In this document: positions 50,956 to 61,794 of the stretch, one piece after another | Layout: every line of letters begins with the position of its first letter | Position numbering within the stretch: position 1 is the first letter of the stretch | Origin: an archaeon | Lineage (GTDB): Archaea; Nanobdellota; Nanobdellia; Woesearchaeales; GW2011-AR9 | Direction: 5' to 3' | Length of the DNA: 64,000 nt | NCBI GenBank assembly: GCA_030704845.1 | Contig: JAUYKZ010000006.1 | Location: forward strand, 18,046-82,045 | Translations under genes and position numbers: made by a program | Notes under the pieces: model-generated | Seen by the model: only the letters and a program-made list of their open reading frames with translations | What the model was told of the DNA's origin: nothing | Database searches by the model: none

Positions 50956-51247
50956 TGTGTGAATGTAAATGAATTGGATGTACAAAAACTAGTTTTTCCT
51001 TGTCACCATCACGGATTTTTACTTCATAGCAGGATCCCTGCAATTTTCCGGTGATTGTTCCTGTGAAACCATGAAATCTTGGGAAAAATCTTCCTTTTTG
51101 GACTGCTGGATGAAGTTTCATACCAACTTTTTCTCCTTTTTGGAATTCCTGAAAGTATTTACTAACAGAGATTTTTCCTTTTTCTCGGTAATTTCTAAGA
51201 AGCTTATGCCGAGTTTTCCTTTGTTTTGTTCCAATCCTAGTTACCAT
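50948..51247 (-). CDS. rpl21e: 50S ribosomal protein eL21
   Basis: RKTRHKL, PRFHGFTG, FVHPIHL. Confidence 0.95.
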   Translation of the reverse strand: MVTRIGTKQRKTRHKLLRNYREKGKISVSKYFQEFQKGEKVGMKLHPAVQKGRFFPRFHGFTGTITGKLQGSCYEVKIRDGDKEKLVFVHPIHLHSHNA

Positions 51248-51306
51248 AGCAGTCTGGGAGAACGGTTGGTTTATAAATATTACGCTTTAAACTTGAGATT
51301 TCTGGT

Positions 51307-52086
51307 CTAAGACCCATCATTTCTCTGTTGTTTTAATATATTTTCATAAATTGATAAATTCCCGATTTCAAGCTCAGCTATGGTGAAGATAGCAATCCCC
51401 AAGCTATATTTACCCGGCCTTGGGAACTGAAATTTAGTTCTTTTTCGTTCATCAGATCCTGAAATTTTCTGCATAAATTCTTTTCTGGGGTTTACATTAT
51501 GACCTCTGCAAAGAAGATCATAAACCATAACTAAGGCTTTATGTGTTTCTTCATGAACTGGCCTATACCATCTTGAATCGTTTTCTGTTCTAGCCTTAAC
51601 TAAAGAACCCCACCGTTCAATACGCATGGCATAGCCTTCTAGGAAAATGTCGTTTAAGGAAAGTAATCTCATATCTTTTAGTTGCGTTGCCCTATATGAA
51701 ATATGATGAGCATATTCATGCAAACAATGAGAATAAACCCGTGCTTCGTCTCTTGGCCAGAGAGTTATTTCTCTTCGAGATGGAGAATATAAACTAGCAG
51801 GAAATTTGATCATTTTCTCAAAAAAACTGTAAAATCTAACTTCTTTAACTGGTGGTGGATTTACTCTAAGAAATCCGTCAACAAATCTTTTAGCTTCTTC
51901 AAAAACTGCTGGAAGTTCTTTCTTTGAAACTCGTTTATCTTTAGTTTTACGTGCCGGAAGAGATTTCATAGTTCTTTCTTCCATTGAAATAATTTCTTCT
52001 AGTGCTTCAACAAAATGTTTGTCAGAGTGAATAAGTTCTTTAAGAGCGTTATCCGTTACAGATTCCAGATATTGTCTAGGGATCAT
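51307..52086 (-). CDS. Putative zincin metallopeptidase
   Basis: HEYAH plus downstream FLEGYA (gluzincin-like). Confidence 0.6.
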   Translation of the reverse strand: MIPRQYLESVTDNALKELIHSDKHFVEALEEIISMEERTMKSLPARKTKDKRVSKKELPAVFEEAKRFVDGFLRVNPPPVKEVRFYSFFEKMIKFPASLYSPSRREITLWPRDEARVYSHCLHEYAHHISYRATQLKDMRLLSLNDIFLEGYAMRIERWGSLVKARTENDSRWYRPVHEETHKALVMVYDLLCRGHNVNPRKEFMQKISGSDERKRTKFQFPRPGKYSLGIAIFTIAELEIGNLSIYENILKQQRNDGS

Positions 52087-52197
52087 TTAGGCACTTAAAC
52101 AGAGATCTATTTAAAAACTTTAGCAGAGAAATTGAATTAAACCAAGTATCAATTTCCGACCAAAACCCTAATAAAAGAACTAAGAAATTAATTAGCC

Positions 52198-53889
52198 ATG
52201 TCTTGGGAGATAGCACTTACAGAAATCATTGAACAAATTAAATTACAAAACATAACAGCTCAAGCATCATTAAATTTTCTTAAAAGAGATATTTCTAAAA
52301 AGTATAAACTTCCAAGAACACCAACAAACATTGAAATTCTTCTTTCGCTACCTGAAGAAGCTATCCCCGATTATAAAAAAATTCTTTTAACAAAACCAAC
52401 CAGAACAATTTCAGGAGTTTCGCCAGTTGCTATCATGACCAAACCAGACAGATGTCCACATGGTAAATGTACTTTCTGTCCAGGTGGAATTAATTCGCCG
52501 TGGGGAGATGTTCCTCAATCATATTCCGGCCACGAACCAGCAACAATGAGGGGAATTAGAAACGATTATGATGCATATTTACAGGTGTTTAATCGGCTAC
52601 AACAATATGTTCTGTTAGGACAAACCCTTGATAAAATAGAAATCATTGTTATGGGAGGGACATTCACCGCAACACCTAAAGAATACCAAGAAGAATTCAT
52701 TCTAGGAGCATTTCAAGCCATGAACGATTTCTCAGAATTATTTTTTGATCAGAATGGAGAAGTAGATTACCTTAAATTCAAACAATATTTCCTTCTTCCA
52801 GGAAAACTTCATGACAAAGTGCGTGAAGAAAAAATAAAACAGAAAGTTGCCGAAAATAAATTAAGAAGAGTTACAACCCTAGAAGAAGAACAGGTTAAAA
52901 ATGAAAATTCTGCGGTGAGATGTGTAGCATTATGCATTGAAACCAAACCGGACTGGGGATTCCTGGAACATGGAAACGAAATGTTACGGCAAGGTTGCAC
53001 CAGAGTAGAATTAGGTATCCAATCTGTTTACGATGATGTACTTGAATATGTGCATCGAGGACATACAACTCAAGATTCAATTAAATCTATTCAAATTTTG
53101 CGTGACTTAGGCTTCAAGATTAATTTCCATTACATGCCTGGATTGCCATTAACCAATTACAAAAGAGACATGGACGGCATGAAACAATTATTTTCTGATC
53201 CAGACTACTGCCCAGACATGATTAAGTTATATCCATGTATGGTTGGTCCAGGGACTGCATTGTATCATCAATGGAAAAAAGGTGAATTCACTCCAATAAC
53301 TACAGAAGAAGCTGCAAAGAGAGTAGCAGAATTTTATGATTTTGTACCGGAATATTGCAGAATTCAACGAGTTCAAAGAGATGTTCCAACAAAATTCTGG
53401 GAAGCTGGTGTTGATAGAACAAATCTCCGCCAATATGCCGATGAAAAATATGGCGTAAGTTCCAGAGATATCAGAGCTAGAGAACCAAAAGGTAAAGATA
53501 TTAATTGGGAAAATATTCAAATACGTGTTACCGAATTTGCTGCATCTAAAGGAAAAGAATTTTTTATCCAAGCAGAAGATCCACAGAACGATGTGATTAT
53601 CGGTTTCTGTAGATTACGATTTCCGAAAGAGTTCCTTAGAGAGGAGATTATAGAAGGAAGTGCTTTGTTAAGAGAACTTCATGTTTATGGAACAGCTACA
53701 GCTATTGGAGAAAAAGGAGTTGTACAACATAAGGGATGGGGAAGAAAATTAATGGAGAAAGCTGAAGAGATAGCTAAAGAACATGGAAAAATTAAAATGG
53801 TGGTTATCTCGGGAGTTGGTGTGAAAGAATATTATAGAAAAAAATTGGGATATCATAAAGAAGGACCATACATGGTAAAGGAGTTATAA
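52198..53889 (+). CDS. elp3: tRNA uridine(34) acetyltransferase Elp3 (radical SAM plus GNAT)
   Basis: KPTRTISGV, CPHGKCTFCPGG, ETKPD, RELHVYG, QHKGWG, ISGVGV. Confidence 0.96.
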   Translation: MSWEIALTEIIEQIKLQNITAQASLNFLKRDISKKYKLPRTPTNIEILLSLPEEAIPDYKKILLTKPTRTISGVSPVAIMTKPDRCPHGKCTFCPGGINSPWGDVPQSYSGHEPATMRGIRNDYDAYLQVFNRLQQYVLLGQTLDKIEIIVMGGTFTATPKEYQEEFILGAFQAMNDFSELFFDQNGEVDYLKFKQYFLLPGKLHDKVREEKIKQKVAENKLRRVTTLEEEQVKNENSAVRCVALCIETKPDWGFLEHGNEMLRQGCTRVELGIQSVYDDVLEYVHRGHTTQDSIKSIQILRDLGFKINFHYMPGLPLTNYKRDMDGMKQLFSDPDYCPDMIKLYPCMVGPGTALYHQWKKGEFTPITTEEAAKRVAEFYDFVPEYCRIQRVQRDVPTKFWEAGVDRTNLRQYADEKYGVSSRDIRAREPKGKDINWENIQIRVTEFAASKGKEFFIQAEDPQNDVIIGFCRLRFPKEFLREEIIEGSALLRELHVYGTATAIGEKGVVQHKGWGRKLMEKAEEIAKEHGKIKMVVISGVGVKEYYRKKLGYHKEGPYMVKEL

Positions 53890-53890
53890 A

Positions 53891-54274
53891 ATGACATATT
53901 TGGTGATAAGTAATAGGGAATATTTTGTTAACAAAGAAGGATTGACTAAAAAAGAATATAAGGATTTAATTAAAATATTTGTAGAAACAATTTTATCGTT
54001 ATCCAAACCGTTCTTACAAAAGGATAGATTAAATTTTGTGAGAGGAAGTATTGACAATCTAGAAAGAGTTGTCAGTGAATATTTTACTGCCGATAAGCCC
54101 AGAATTGAAGAAGATAATGATGGATTCTTTCCACCACATAATTGGTTAGCTTACGAATTAAACGGGAAAACGATTGTAATCGATCCAAGTTATGGATACA
54201 TAGGTATACCCCAATTTGCTGAAGGTGGTGGTTTTACTTATTATATGACTAAACAACCCACATTTAATTATTAA
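53891..54274 (+). CDS. Hypothetical protein with transglutaminase-like H/D strands
   Basis: PHNWLAY...VIDPSYG; no catalytic Cys present. Confidence 0.5.
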   Translation: MTYLVISNREYFVNKEGLTKKEYKDLIKIFVETILSLSKPFLQKDRLNFVRGSIDNLERVVSEYFTADKPRIEEDNDGFFPPHNWLAYELNGKTIVIDPSYGYIGIPQFAEGGGFTYYMTKQPTFNY

Positions 54275-54579
54275 TCTCTTGGAATTAAAGTGTATTTTGC
54301 ATTAAGTCCTTCATGGGTTAATGAAGCATAATTTCCAGAAATTTTAACCAACCCAGCTTTTTCTAATTGTCTTATCCTAGATTCTAATGAAGGGTTTGGC
54401 CCAGTGATTAACTTTTTTTTAGTATCATAGATGTCTTTTAACAATATGGCATCTGGCGGGATTATAGTGTGTGTGGAAGTTAAAACAGAACTGGCTCTAT
54501 AGGTGATTACACAACTGTGATAAGCATCTAAATATCGAGGAATGTCCCCAATGGCAATATTTTCAAGTTTATCTACCAT
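54271..54579 (-). CDS. Hypothetical protein, winged-helix-like C-terminus
   Basis: IRQLEKAGLV....ASLTHEG. Confidence 0.5.
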   Translation of the reverse strand: MVDKLENIAIGDIPRYLDAYHSCVITYRASSVLTSTHTIIPPDAILLKDIYDTKKKLITGPNPSLESRIRQLEKAGLVKISGNYASLTHEGLNAKYTLIPRD

Positions 54580-54650
54580 GCCCTTGGGATATTTTAGTTA
54601 TTTAAATATTTAATGTGAAAATTTATAAAAACGGTGGTTAAATAGACAAC

Positions 54651-55406
54651 ATGTTATATATTATAGGAATCGGTTTAAGCAACGAGAAAGATATCACAGT
54701 TAAAGGACTGGAAGCAGTAAAACACTGTGAGAAGATTTACGTAGAGAATTATACCTCACTTCTTCAATGTTCATTGCAAGATCTTGAAAAGTTTTATGGT
54801 AAAGAAATAACTCCGGCTCCGAGAGATTTAGCGGAACAAGGAGTTGACCAGATCATTAAAGAAGCAGAAGAAAAAAATGTTGCATTTTTGGTTATAGGAG
54901 ATCCGTTCTCAGCAACAACTCACGTAGAGATATTTAAACAAGCAAAATTGCTCGGAATTAAAGTTGAAATTATCCATAATGCTTCAGTTCTTACAGCGGT
55001 TGGAATTACAGGATTACAATTATACCAATTTGGCAAAACTACTTCCATCCCTTTCCTTGAAGACCATCCAAATTTAGAGACACCATATAATGTGATTTTA
55101 GAAAATAAAAAGAATGGATTACACACTCTTTGTTTATTAGATATTAAAGCTGATCAGAATAAATTTATGACGGTTTCACAAGCTTTGGAAGTCTTGAAGG
55201 ACATAGAGATACGTAAAGAAGAAGGATTGGTAAATGATGATCTTCTAGTTATCGGTTGCGCTCGTTTAGGAAGTGACGATTTCATTGTTAAAGCTGGAAC
55301 CGTTTCAGAAATTAAAAAGATGGATTTCGGAAAACAACCACATTGTTTAGTAATTCCAGGTAAGATGCATTTTATCGAAGAAGAAATGCTTGAATTATGG
55401 AAGTAG
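54651..55406 (+). CDS. dph5: Diphthine synthase
   Basis: LYIIGIGL, ENYTS, GDPFSATTH, GLQLYQFG, GLHTLCLLDI. Confidence 0.96.
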   Translation: MLYIIGIGLSNEKDITVKGLEAVKHCEKIYVENYTSLLQCSLQDLEKFYGKEITPAPRDLAEQGVDQIIKEAEEKNVAFLVIGDPFSATTHVEIFKQAKLLGIKVEIIHNASVLTAVGITGLQLYQFGKTTSIPFLEDHPNLETPYNVILENKKNGLHTLCLLDIKADQNKFMTVSQALEVLKDIEIRKEEGLVNDDLLVIGCARLGSDDFIVKAGTVSEIKKMDFGKQPHCLVIPGKMHFIEEEMLELWK

Positions 55407-55417
55407 AAATTAGTTAA

Positions 55418-55678
55418 CTATTTACGCTTACCAATTGTCAAATTTAATTCTTTGATACAAGATTGGAGGAGTTGACAAATATCGTCGCTTTCTATCCATG
55501 AATCTCTAATACTAGAAATATAATCCAACCCTTGTTGAGTTAGAAATTGTCTGTTATCAAAGTGTTCTGGTTGAAAACCATATTTATCGTTTTTAAAAAC
55601 TGTATCCAAAAAATATAACGAGCCCGCAAAGCAGGATAAAACAAACAAATCCGATAATTCATTGATATATTTTCCCAT
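55418..55678 (-). CDS. Hypothetical protein
   Basis: 86-aa ORF downstream of the metallophosphoesterase. Confidence 0.4.
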   Translation of the reverse strand: MGKYINELSDLFVLSCFAGSLYFLDTVFKNDKYGFQPEHFDNRQFLTQQGLDYISSIRDSWIESDDICQLLQSCIKELNLTIGKRK

Positions 55679-55706
55679 TATTATTTTTTAGAACAAACAG
55701 ACATAT

Positions 55707-56855
55707 TCAAAAAACCTGGCCCGTAAATCCTTCCTCAGCTGCTGCTTTCTTAAGATATCGTCTTTCGTCTTTAATTACAACATCAAAATCAAACAAACTT
55801 CTTTCTATTTGAACCTCAACTACTTCCCAATTTACTTCATCATTCTCAGAGACTTCAACACGCACATACCTTTTTTTCTTAGGGGTTAGTTTCCTAGTTT
55901 CTTCATCCAGGATATATTCATCACGCCAAGTATCTGGATGAATTACTACCCACCCGTCTTTCTCTTCAATATACTTTTTATGGATATGACCCAAAATATG
56001 AACCTTATTCTGCAATCGTTTTCTTCGTTTACGTTTCGTTTTAAATTTTTCAACGATATCATCCAAATCCCAATGAACACTCTTAATTCTTCGATATAAT
56101 TCACGGAACAATTCTCTGGGCATCATGTAATAAGTGGGATCATAAAAATATCTGAATGGGTAGTATAATGTGCTCTTGATAACGTAGTCTAACGAACGCC
56201 AACTTAATTTTTTTAAAACAACTTTATGGTGTGAAAATAAAACTGGATACGGACTGATTCTTTCAAGGAATGGGTGTTCTTCTTTAAGATTCATGAATTT
56301 ACTTACGACACTTAACGAAATCCAGGGGATGTTCAGAATTTTCTGTTTACGATATGTAAGAAATGGCCGTTTAGGATTTATTCTATTTAAGAAATCTAAC
56401 TGATGACCATGTTCAGCATAAACATTATGATAATGGTATTGAAGTCTGAAATAAATATTAGAATGACTCTTTAACAGAGATTTTATCTTTGTCTGAACTT
56501 TTTTGAAAAACAAATCGTGATCATGATTGCCAATAATAAAGAATATTTTGTTTTTCTTTTTCTGACAGAACTGTTTAAGAGCATCAAAAACCAGTTTATG
56601 GGCCTTATAGATACCAGCTAATTTGCCTAAAGATACATCTTCTGTAATATGCCTCGGAAAATTCTTTTTACCATTTTCAATGTATGGACATTTCAAAAAA
56701 TCTAAAGTGTCTCCATTTAAAACTAAATCAATCGGATGTTCCCGCTTACTTAAATCAACTATTAAAGAAGAAAGAGCTCCATCGCTGATAAAATCATCCG
56801 TCAAAGTGCCAGCCCCGAGTTCTATATCACCAAGAACTATGATTTCCTTCTTCAT
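55707..56855 (-). CDS. Calcineurin-like metallophosphoesterase
   Basis: GDIELG, LNGDTLD, GNHD, EHGH, GHIH. Confidence 0.85.
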   Translation of the reverse strand: MKKEIIVLGDIELGAGTLTDDFISDGALSSLIVDLSKREHPIDLVLNGDTLDFLKCPYIENGKKNFPRHITEDVSLGKLAGIYKAHKLVFDALKQFCQKKKNKIFFIIGNHDHDLFFKKVQTKIKSLLKSHSNIYFRLQYHYHNVYAEHGHQLDFLNRINPKRPFLTYRKQKILNIPWISLSVVSKFMNLKEEHPFLERISPYPVLFSHHKVVLKKLSWRSLDYVIKSTLYYPFRYFYDPTYYMMPRELFRELYRRIKSVHWDLDDIVEKFKTKRKRRKRLQNKVHILGHIHKKYIEEKDGWVVIHPDTWRDEYILDEETRKLTPKKKRYVRVEVSENDEVNWEVVEVQIERSLFDFDVVIKDERRYLKKAAAEEGFTGQVF

Positions 56856-56947
56856 TACTGAGATGTAAGGAAAATATCTATTTAAATATTTGGGAATATA
56901 ACTGATTATTCTAATTCGCTAACTTTATAAGCTTCTTTTCCTTTATA

Positions 56948-57568
56948 ATGAATATGATAAAAGTAAAAATCATATCTGTAGATTTCCAAAAAGATTTTAC
57001 TTCAAAAGGGGGAGTATGTTATAAACAGCGCCAAAGCGTGGGATTCATAAAGAAAATTCTAGTACCTTTTTTAAGAGAACATAAGATAAAAATTGCTGAA
57101 ATAATCTCAGATTATAGACAACCTCGTCCAGGAGATAAAGGCGATTGTTGTCACCCAGGTGAGAATGGTTATGAATCTGAAATCCCCGAAGATGTAAAGT
57201 TGAAAAATATTTGGATTAAGTGTATGAATTCACCAATATGGGTTAGAAACAATATCGGTCTTGCCAATAAAAAACCAGGACTTCCTTATCAAGATATAAA
57301 TTATTTTAACAAATGGTTAGAAACAGTTATTGGTAAACCTAAAGATGTTGACGAAGTGATATTAATTGGTTTAACTGTTGATTGCTGCGTATTATGTCTA
57401 GCACAAGAACTGAATTGGCGGGGTTATAACGTTAAAATTCTTGAAGAAGCCGTTGATAGTTACAACGGAGGTACAATAGAAAAGAAACAGATACTTGATA
57501 ATCCACCATTAGCTAATTGGGCCAATAAAATTTCTTGGAAAAAACTTCGAAGTAAACTTTTAGAATAG
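56948..57568 (+). CDS. Isochorismatase/cysteine hydrolase family protein
   Basis: VDFQKDF, WIK, GLTVDCCV (Asp-Lys-Cys triad). Confidence 0.85.
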   Translation: MNMIKVKIISVDFQKDFTSKGGVCYKQRQSVGFIKKILVPFLREHKIKIAEIISDYRQPRPGDKGDCCHPGENGYESEIPEDVKLKNIWIKCMNSPIWVRNNIGLANKKPGLPYQDINYFNKWLETVIGKPKDVDEVILIGLTVDCCVLCLAQELNWRGYNVKILEEAVDSYNGGTIEKKQILDNPPLANWANKISWKKLRSKLLE

Positions 57569-57601
57569 TTTAAATGAAATGGTTAATAATTATAAACCAA
57601 C

Positions 57602-60103
57602 TCAATACTCTCCTAAATTCTTCTGATCTTCTAATTTCTTAGCATTAAGCTTTTTCATCATATCATCATCTTTCTCAAGCAAATTTTGAATTTCTCTAGC
57701 TCTTAAAACTACTTCGGAAGGCAAACCAGCTAATTGAGCAACATGAATCCCATAACTTTGATCGGTACTTCCCGGAATCAATTTATGTAAGAAAACAACG
57801 TCCCCTTTTTTTTCTCGGACAGCAATAGTATAATTCTTTACCCGGCTACATTTATCAGCAAGTTTATTCATAACATGATAATGGGTAGCAAACAAAGTTT
57901 TTGCCTTAATTGAATTATAAATATGTTCAGCGACACTCCAAGCAATAGATACCCCATCGAAAGTAGAAGTTCCCCTACCGATTTCATCAAGAATAATTAA
58001 ACTTTTACGGGTAGCATTGTTAAGAATTGATGCTGTTTCGTTCATCTCAACCATGAATGTAGATTGACCTGAAGTTAAATCATCATGCGCTCCAACCCGG
58101 GTGAATATTCTATCAGTGATTCCTAATATCACTTCTTCCGCTGGTACGAAAGAACCAATCTGTGCCATTAAAACAATTAATGCTGTTTGACGCATAACTG
58201 TTGATTTCCCAGCCATGTTTGGACCAGTGATAATCATCATTTCGCCGTTGTTAAGAAGAACATCGTTAGCGATAAAACGAGGAGTGTATTGTTCAATTAC
58301 CGGATGACGACCGTTTTTAATGTGAAGAATATTATCTTCTACAAATAAAGGTTTAACATAATTGTGTTCCGCGGCAACTTTCGCAAATGAACAAAGAACG
58401 TCAAGTGCTGCAAGATGAATCGATGCTTGCTGAATTTCAGAAGTTTTCTCAGAGATTGTATGAAGAAGTTCTTGATATAAAGAATATTCTAATTCCACCA
58501 TTTTTTCTTGAGCTCCAAGAATTTTTTCTTCTTCCAATTTTAATTCTTCAGTAATATAGCGTTCAGAATTAGCTGTCGTTTGTTTCCGGATATATGATGG
58601 CGGAACCAAAGAAACATTTTTTCTAGTTACCTCAATATAATATCCGAAAACTCTAGTGTAACCAATCTTCAAAGTAGAAATTCCGGTTTTTTCTTTCTCC
58701 CGTTGTTCCAATTTTTGTAAGTAAGATTTACTATTTTTAGTTATCTCAGTAAGCGCAGCCAATTCTTGGTTATAACCTGGTTTAATCATGCCACCTTCAC
58801 GCAAGGTTAATGGAGCATCCACACGGATAGAATTCTCAAGCAAAGCCTGAACCCATTCCAAACTTTTAACCTCTTTAACATTGTTAAAAAAATGTCCAGA
58901 TAACGAATGTAGAACTTTCTGAATTTTTGGAATTTGAGCTAGTGACTGTTTCATCGCCAGAAGATCTTTCGGATTAGCGTTCCCATAATTAATTCGACTG
59001 ATTAATCTTTCCATGTCATATAAATTACGGAAAAGTTCGTTCAATTCTTCGCGGATAATTAAATTTTTTACGAGAACTTCTACTGTCCCAAGACGTTGAT
59101 CAATCATCTCAACATGTAGTAAAGGATTTTTCAACCATTGTTTAAGCATACGTGCACCCATTGCGGTAACAGTTTTATCTAACACCTCCAACAAAGTTCC
59201 TTTGGAAGAACCGTCACGCATATTTTTTACAAGTTCTAAATTACGGTAAGTGCTTCCTTCAAGTAACATAGTTAACGTATTGCTTCGTACAGAAATTTTT
59301 GTGATATGATTTAATGATTTTCTCTGAGTTTCGGTAAGGTAATATAACAAAGCTCCCGCGGAAGAAATAGTTTTATCATATTCACTCATTCCAAAAGAGT
59401 CTAAAGAAGTTTTATTGAAATGTTCAAGTAAAACTGACCTCGCCGTATCCATCTTGAAATGAGAATCATCTAACGGATTAAGAAAACAACCCGCATCTTT
59501 CATCTTCTTAATTATCTCTTGATTTACTTGTAAGCTTGCCGGGATTAAACATTCTCGCGGACTAAATCTGATTAATTCATTAAGAGCCGAAGAGAAAGAA
59601 GGATGAGTTGTAGTGAAAAATTCGCCAGTAGAAAAATCAGAAAATGCTAACGCGAAAGAATTACCAAACGATGTTAAAGCTGCCAGATAATTGTTTTCGT
59701 TTTCTTCAAGCAAGGAAGATTCAATTAGTGTACCAGGAGTTACAATTCTAACAAGACCGCGTTTCACTAACCCTTTTGCTTTCTTTGGATCTTCAAGTTG
59801 TTCAATGATTGCTACTTTATGTCCCTTTTTTACAAGTCTACCTAAGTAAGGTTCTAATGCATGAAAAGGTATCCCCGCTAAAGGGGCTCGTTTCTCACCT
59901 TGGCCTCTCGCCGTAAGAGTGATTTCTAATTCTCTTGAAGCGGTTATTGCGTCTTCATAGAACATTTCATAAAAATCGCCCATCCGAAGCATTATTAAAC
60001 AATCAGGATTTGCCATTTTAGCTTCCTGATATTGCTTCATTCCGGGAGTTAATTGCGAGGACGGAATGTTCAGAATACTTACCTCTTTAATCTCGTCCAC
60101 CAT
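57602..60103 (-). CDS. mutS: DNA mismatch repair protein MutS (MutS1)
   Basis: RMGDFYEMF, TGPNMAGKST, SGQSTFMVEM, DEIGRGTST, FATHYH, QSYGI. Confidence 0.97.
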   Translation of the reverse strand: MVDEIKEVSILNIPSSQLTPGMKQYQEAKMANPDCLIMLRMGDFYEMFYEDAITASRELEITLTARGQGEKRAPLAGIPFHALEPYLGRLVKKGHKVAIIEQLEDPKKAKGLVKRGLVRIVTPGTLIESSLLEENENNYLAALTSFGNSFALAFSDFSTGEFFTTTHPSFSSALNELIRFSPRECLIPASLQVNQEIIKKMKDAGCFLNPLDDSHFKMDTARSVLLEHFNKTSLDSFGMSEYDKTISSAGALLYYLTETQRKSLNHITKISVRSNTLTMLLEGSTYRNLELVKNMRDGSSKGTLLEVLDKTVTAMGARMLKQWLKNPLLHVEMIDQRLGTVEVLVKNLIIREELNELFRNLYDMERLISRINYGNANPKDLLAMKQSLAQIPKIQKVLHSLSGHFFNNVKEVKSLEWVQALLENSIRVDAPLTLREGGMIKPGYNQELAALTEITKNSKSYLQKLEQREKEKTGISTLKIGYTRVFGYYIEVTRKNVSLVPPSYIRKQTTANSERYITEELKLEEEKILGAQEKMVELEYSLYQELLHTISEKTSEIQQASIHLAALDVLCSFAKVAAEHNYVKPLFVEDNILHIKNGRHPVIEQYTPRFIANDVLLNNGEMMIITGPNMAGKSTVMRQTALIVLMAQIGSFVPAEEVILGITDRIFTRVGAHDDLTSGQSTFMVEMNETASILNNATRKSLIILDEIGRGTSTFDGVSIAWSVAEHIYNSIKAKTLFATHYHVMNKLADKCSRVKNYTIAVREKKGDVVFLHKLIPGSTDQSYGIHVAQLAGLPSEVVLRAREIQNLLEKDDDMMKKLNAKKLEDQKNLGEY

Positions 60104-60205
60104 AAGATTATTTGTTATGATTGATTTTAAAAAGATTGTTGTGATTGAGCGTTAAACTGGAAAAGAACAGAACTATCCAAAACATTTAAAAAACACCACC
60201 TTACA

Positions 60206-61426
60206 GTGATGGACATGGCAGAACTAAGCTTTGAAACATTAACCTTTAGAACCACCAAAGACGAATTAGTGATAACTCTGCTTAATATCTGTAATACAAA
60301 AATTCCTAAAGAAGAAGTGGAAGCGATAGCTCCGTTTACTTTGAGTGATAACCACACCATGGTCTTTGATAAAATTGATCAAGAAAAAGCTTCAACAAAA
60401 TTTTCTTTTCTTCTTACAAAATATTTTGATTCTTTAAAAAATATCCTTACTGGCAATAAAGTAACATACATCCATCGTAATTCTGGTATTCCTTTAATTG
60501 GTAATGTAGCTTTCGGAATCGTTTACAGAGGTTCATCCATAATTGAGATTAAACCAGTAACCTCTTGTAATTTAGATTGTGTTTATTGTTCAATTTCAGA
60601 AGGATTATCATCTAAAAAAAATGATTTCATTATCGAGAAAGAATATCTCATCGAAGAATTAGAGAAACTGGTTAAATTTATTGATGAACCAGTCGAGATT
60701 CATATCGGAGTACAAGGAGAACCATTTCTTTATTCTGACATGGAAGGCTTGATTGCTGATTTACAGGCAATGGAGAATGTTCGTACGATTTCAATTGATA
60801 CCAACGGTACAATTCTAAATAAGGATAAAATTGATCGACTAGCTAAAAATAACAAGTTACAGGTTAATTTATCCCTTGATGCAATTAATGAAGAAGAAGC
60901 AAGGAAAATAGCGGGAGTTAAGACATATAATGTTAAACACGTAAAAGAAGTAATTAGTTATGCCTCCCAAAAATTAAAAGTAATCGTAGCTCCAGTTCTC
61001 GTTCAAGGATTTAATGACGAGGAATTAGAAGAGATTATTAAATTTGTCAAATCTCTGCCAGTGCAACCAATACTTGGAATCCAAAATTTCTTGCGATATA
61101 AAACTGGAAGAAATCCGGGCAAGGAGATGTCTTGGGAAAAATTTTATTCGTTACTTGAAGAACTAGAGAAAAAACATCAGATTAAATTAAAATTACAGAA
61201 AGAAGATTTTAATATTAAAGAAACGAAAGAGTTGTCGAAACCATTTAAGGAAGGAGATATCGTAAAAGCCGTGATTAAATGTCCGGATAGATTTCCTAAT
61301 TCCTCCATTGCGGTTTCAGGAGAAAGAAGTATTTCTATCCCCAATTGCCAATTCAAGAAAGATAAAAAGGTTTCTGTAAAAATTGCTAGGGATAAACATA
61401 ATATCTTTGTGGGAAAGTTAGTTTAG
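60206..61426 (+). CDS. Radical SAM protein with C-terminal TRAM-like domain (COG2100-like)
   Basis: IPLIGNVAFGI, CNLDCVYCS, QGEP, GIQNFL.YK.GRNP, DKHNIF. Confidence 0.85.
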   Translation: MMDMAELSFETLTFRTTKDELVITLLNICNTKIPKEEVEAIAPFTLSDNHTMVFDKIDQEKASTKFSFLLTKYFDSLKNILTGNKVTYIHRNSGIPLIGNVAFGIVYRGSSIIEIKPVTSCNLDCVYCSISEGLSSKKNDFIIEKEYLIEELEKLVKFIDEPVEIHIGVQGEPFLYSDMEGLIADLQAMENVRTISIDTNGTILNKDKIDRLAKNNKLQVNLSLDAINEEEARKIAGVKTYNVKHVKEVISYASQKLKVIVAPVLVQGFNDEELEEIIKFVKSLPVQPILGIQNFLRYKTGRNPGKEMSWEKFYSLLEELEKKHQIKLKLQKEDFNIKETKELSKPFKEGDIVKAVIKCPDRFPNSSIAVSGERSISIPNCQFKKDKKVSVKIARDKHNIFVGKLV

Positions 61427-61466
61427 ACACAAAAGATTTATATATCATATGTTGATTTTATCATGC

Positions 61467-61784
61467 ATGGATAATTCATTAGATGTTTACAAACTATTTT
61501 TTGGATCTCTAGCTAACCCAAACAGGTTACAAATTCTTACGATACTGCGTACTGGTGCAATGAATGTTACAGAAATCTGTAAGAAGTTGAAATTTGAACA
61601 AACCATGGTATCGCATAATCTTAAACGATTAGAAACTTGCGGGATGGTTTTTGCCGAACAAAGAGGAAAAAACAGGTATTATTCCTTAAATAATAAAACG
61701 ATTAAACCGTTAATGGAGTTAATTGATAAACATACATACCAATATTGTGAGCATGTTGTTAGTGAAAAAAAGTTCAATAAGTGA
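61467..61784 (+). CDS. ArsR/SmtB-family transcriptional regulator
   Basis: [23 protein letters not shown]-terminal H/C residues; directly upstream of copA. Confidence 0.9.
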   Translation: MDNSLDVYKLFFGSLANPNRLQILTILRTGAMNVTEICKKLKFEQTMVSHNLKRLETCGMVFAEQRGKNRYYSLNNKTIKPLMELIDKHTYQYCEHVVSEKKFNK

Positions 61785-61794
61785 GGTTAAAAAT

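Noticed and set aside
57602-60103. MutS1 without adjacent mutL as a novelty
   Set aside because: MutS1 is known in several archaeal groups, and mutL may lie outside the window
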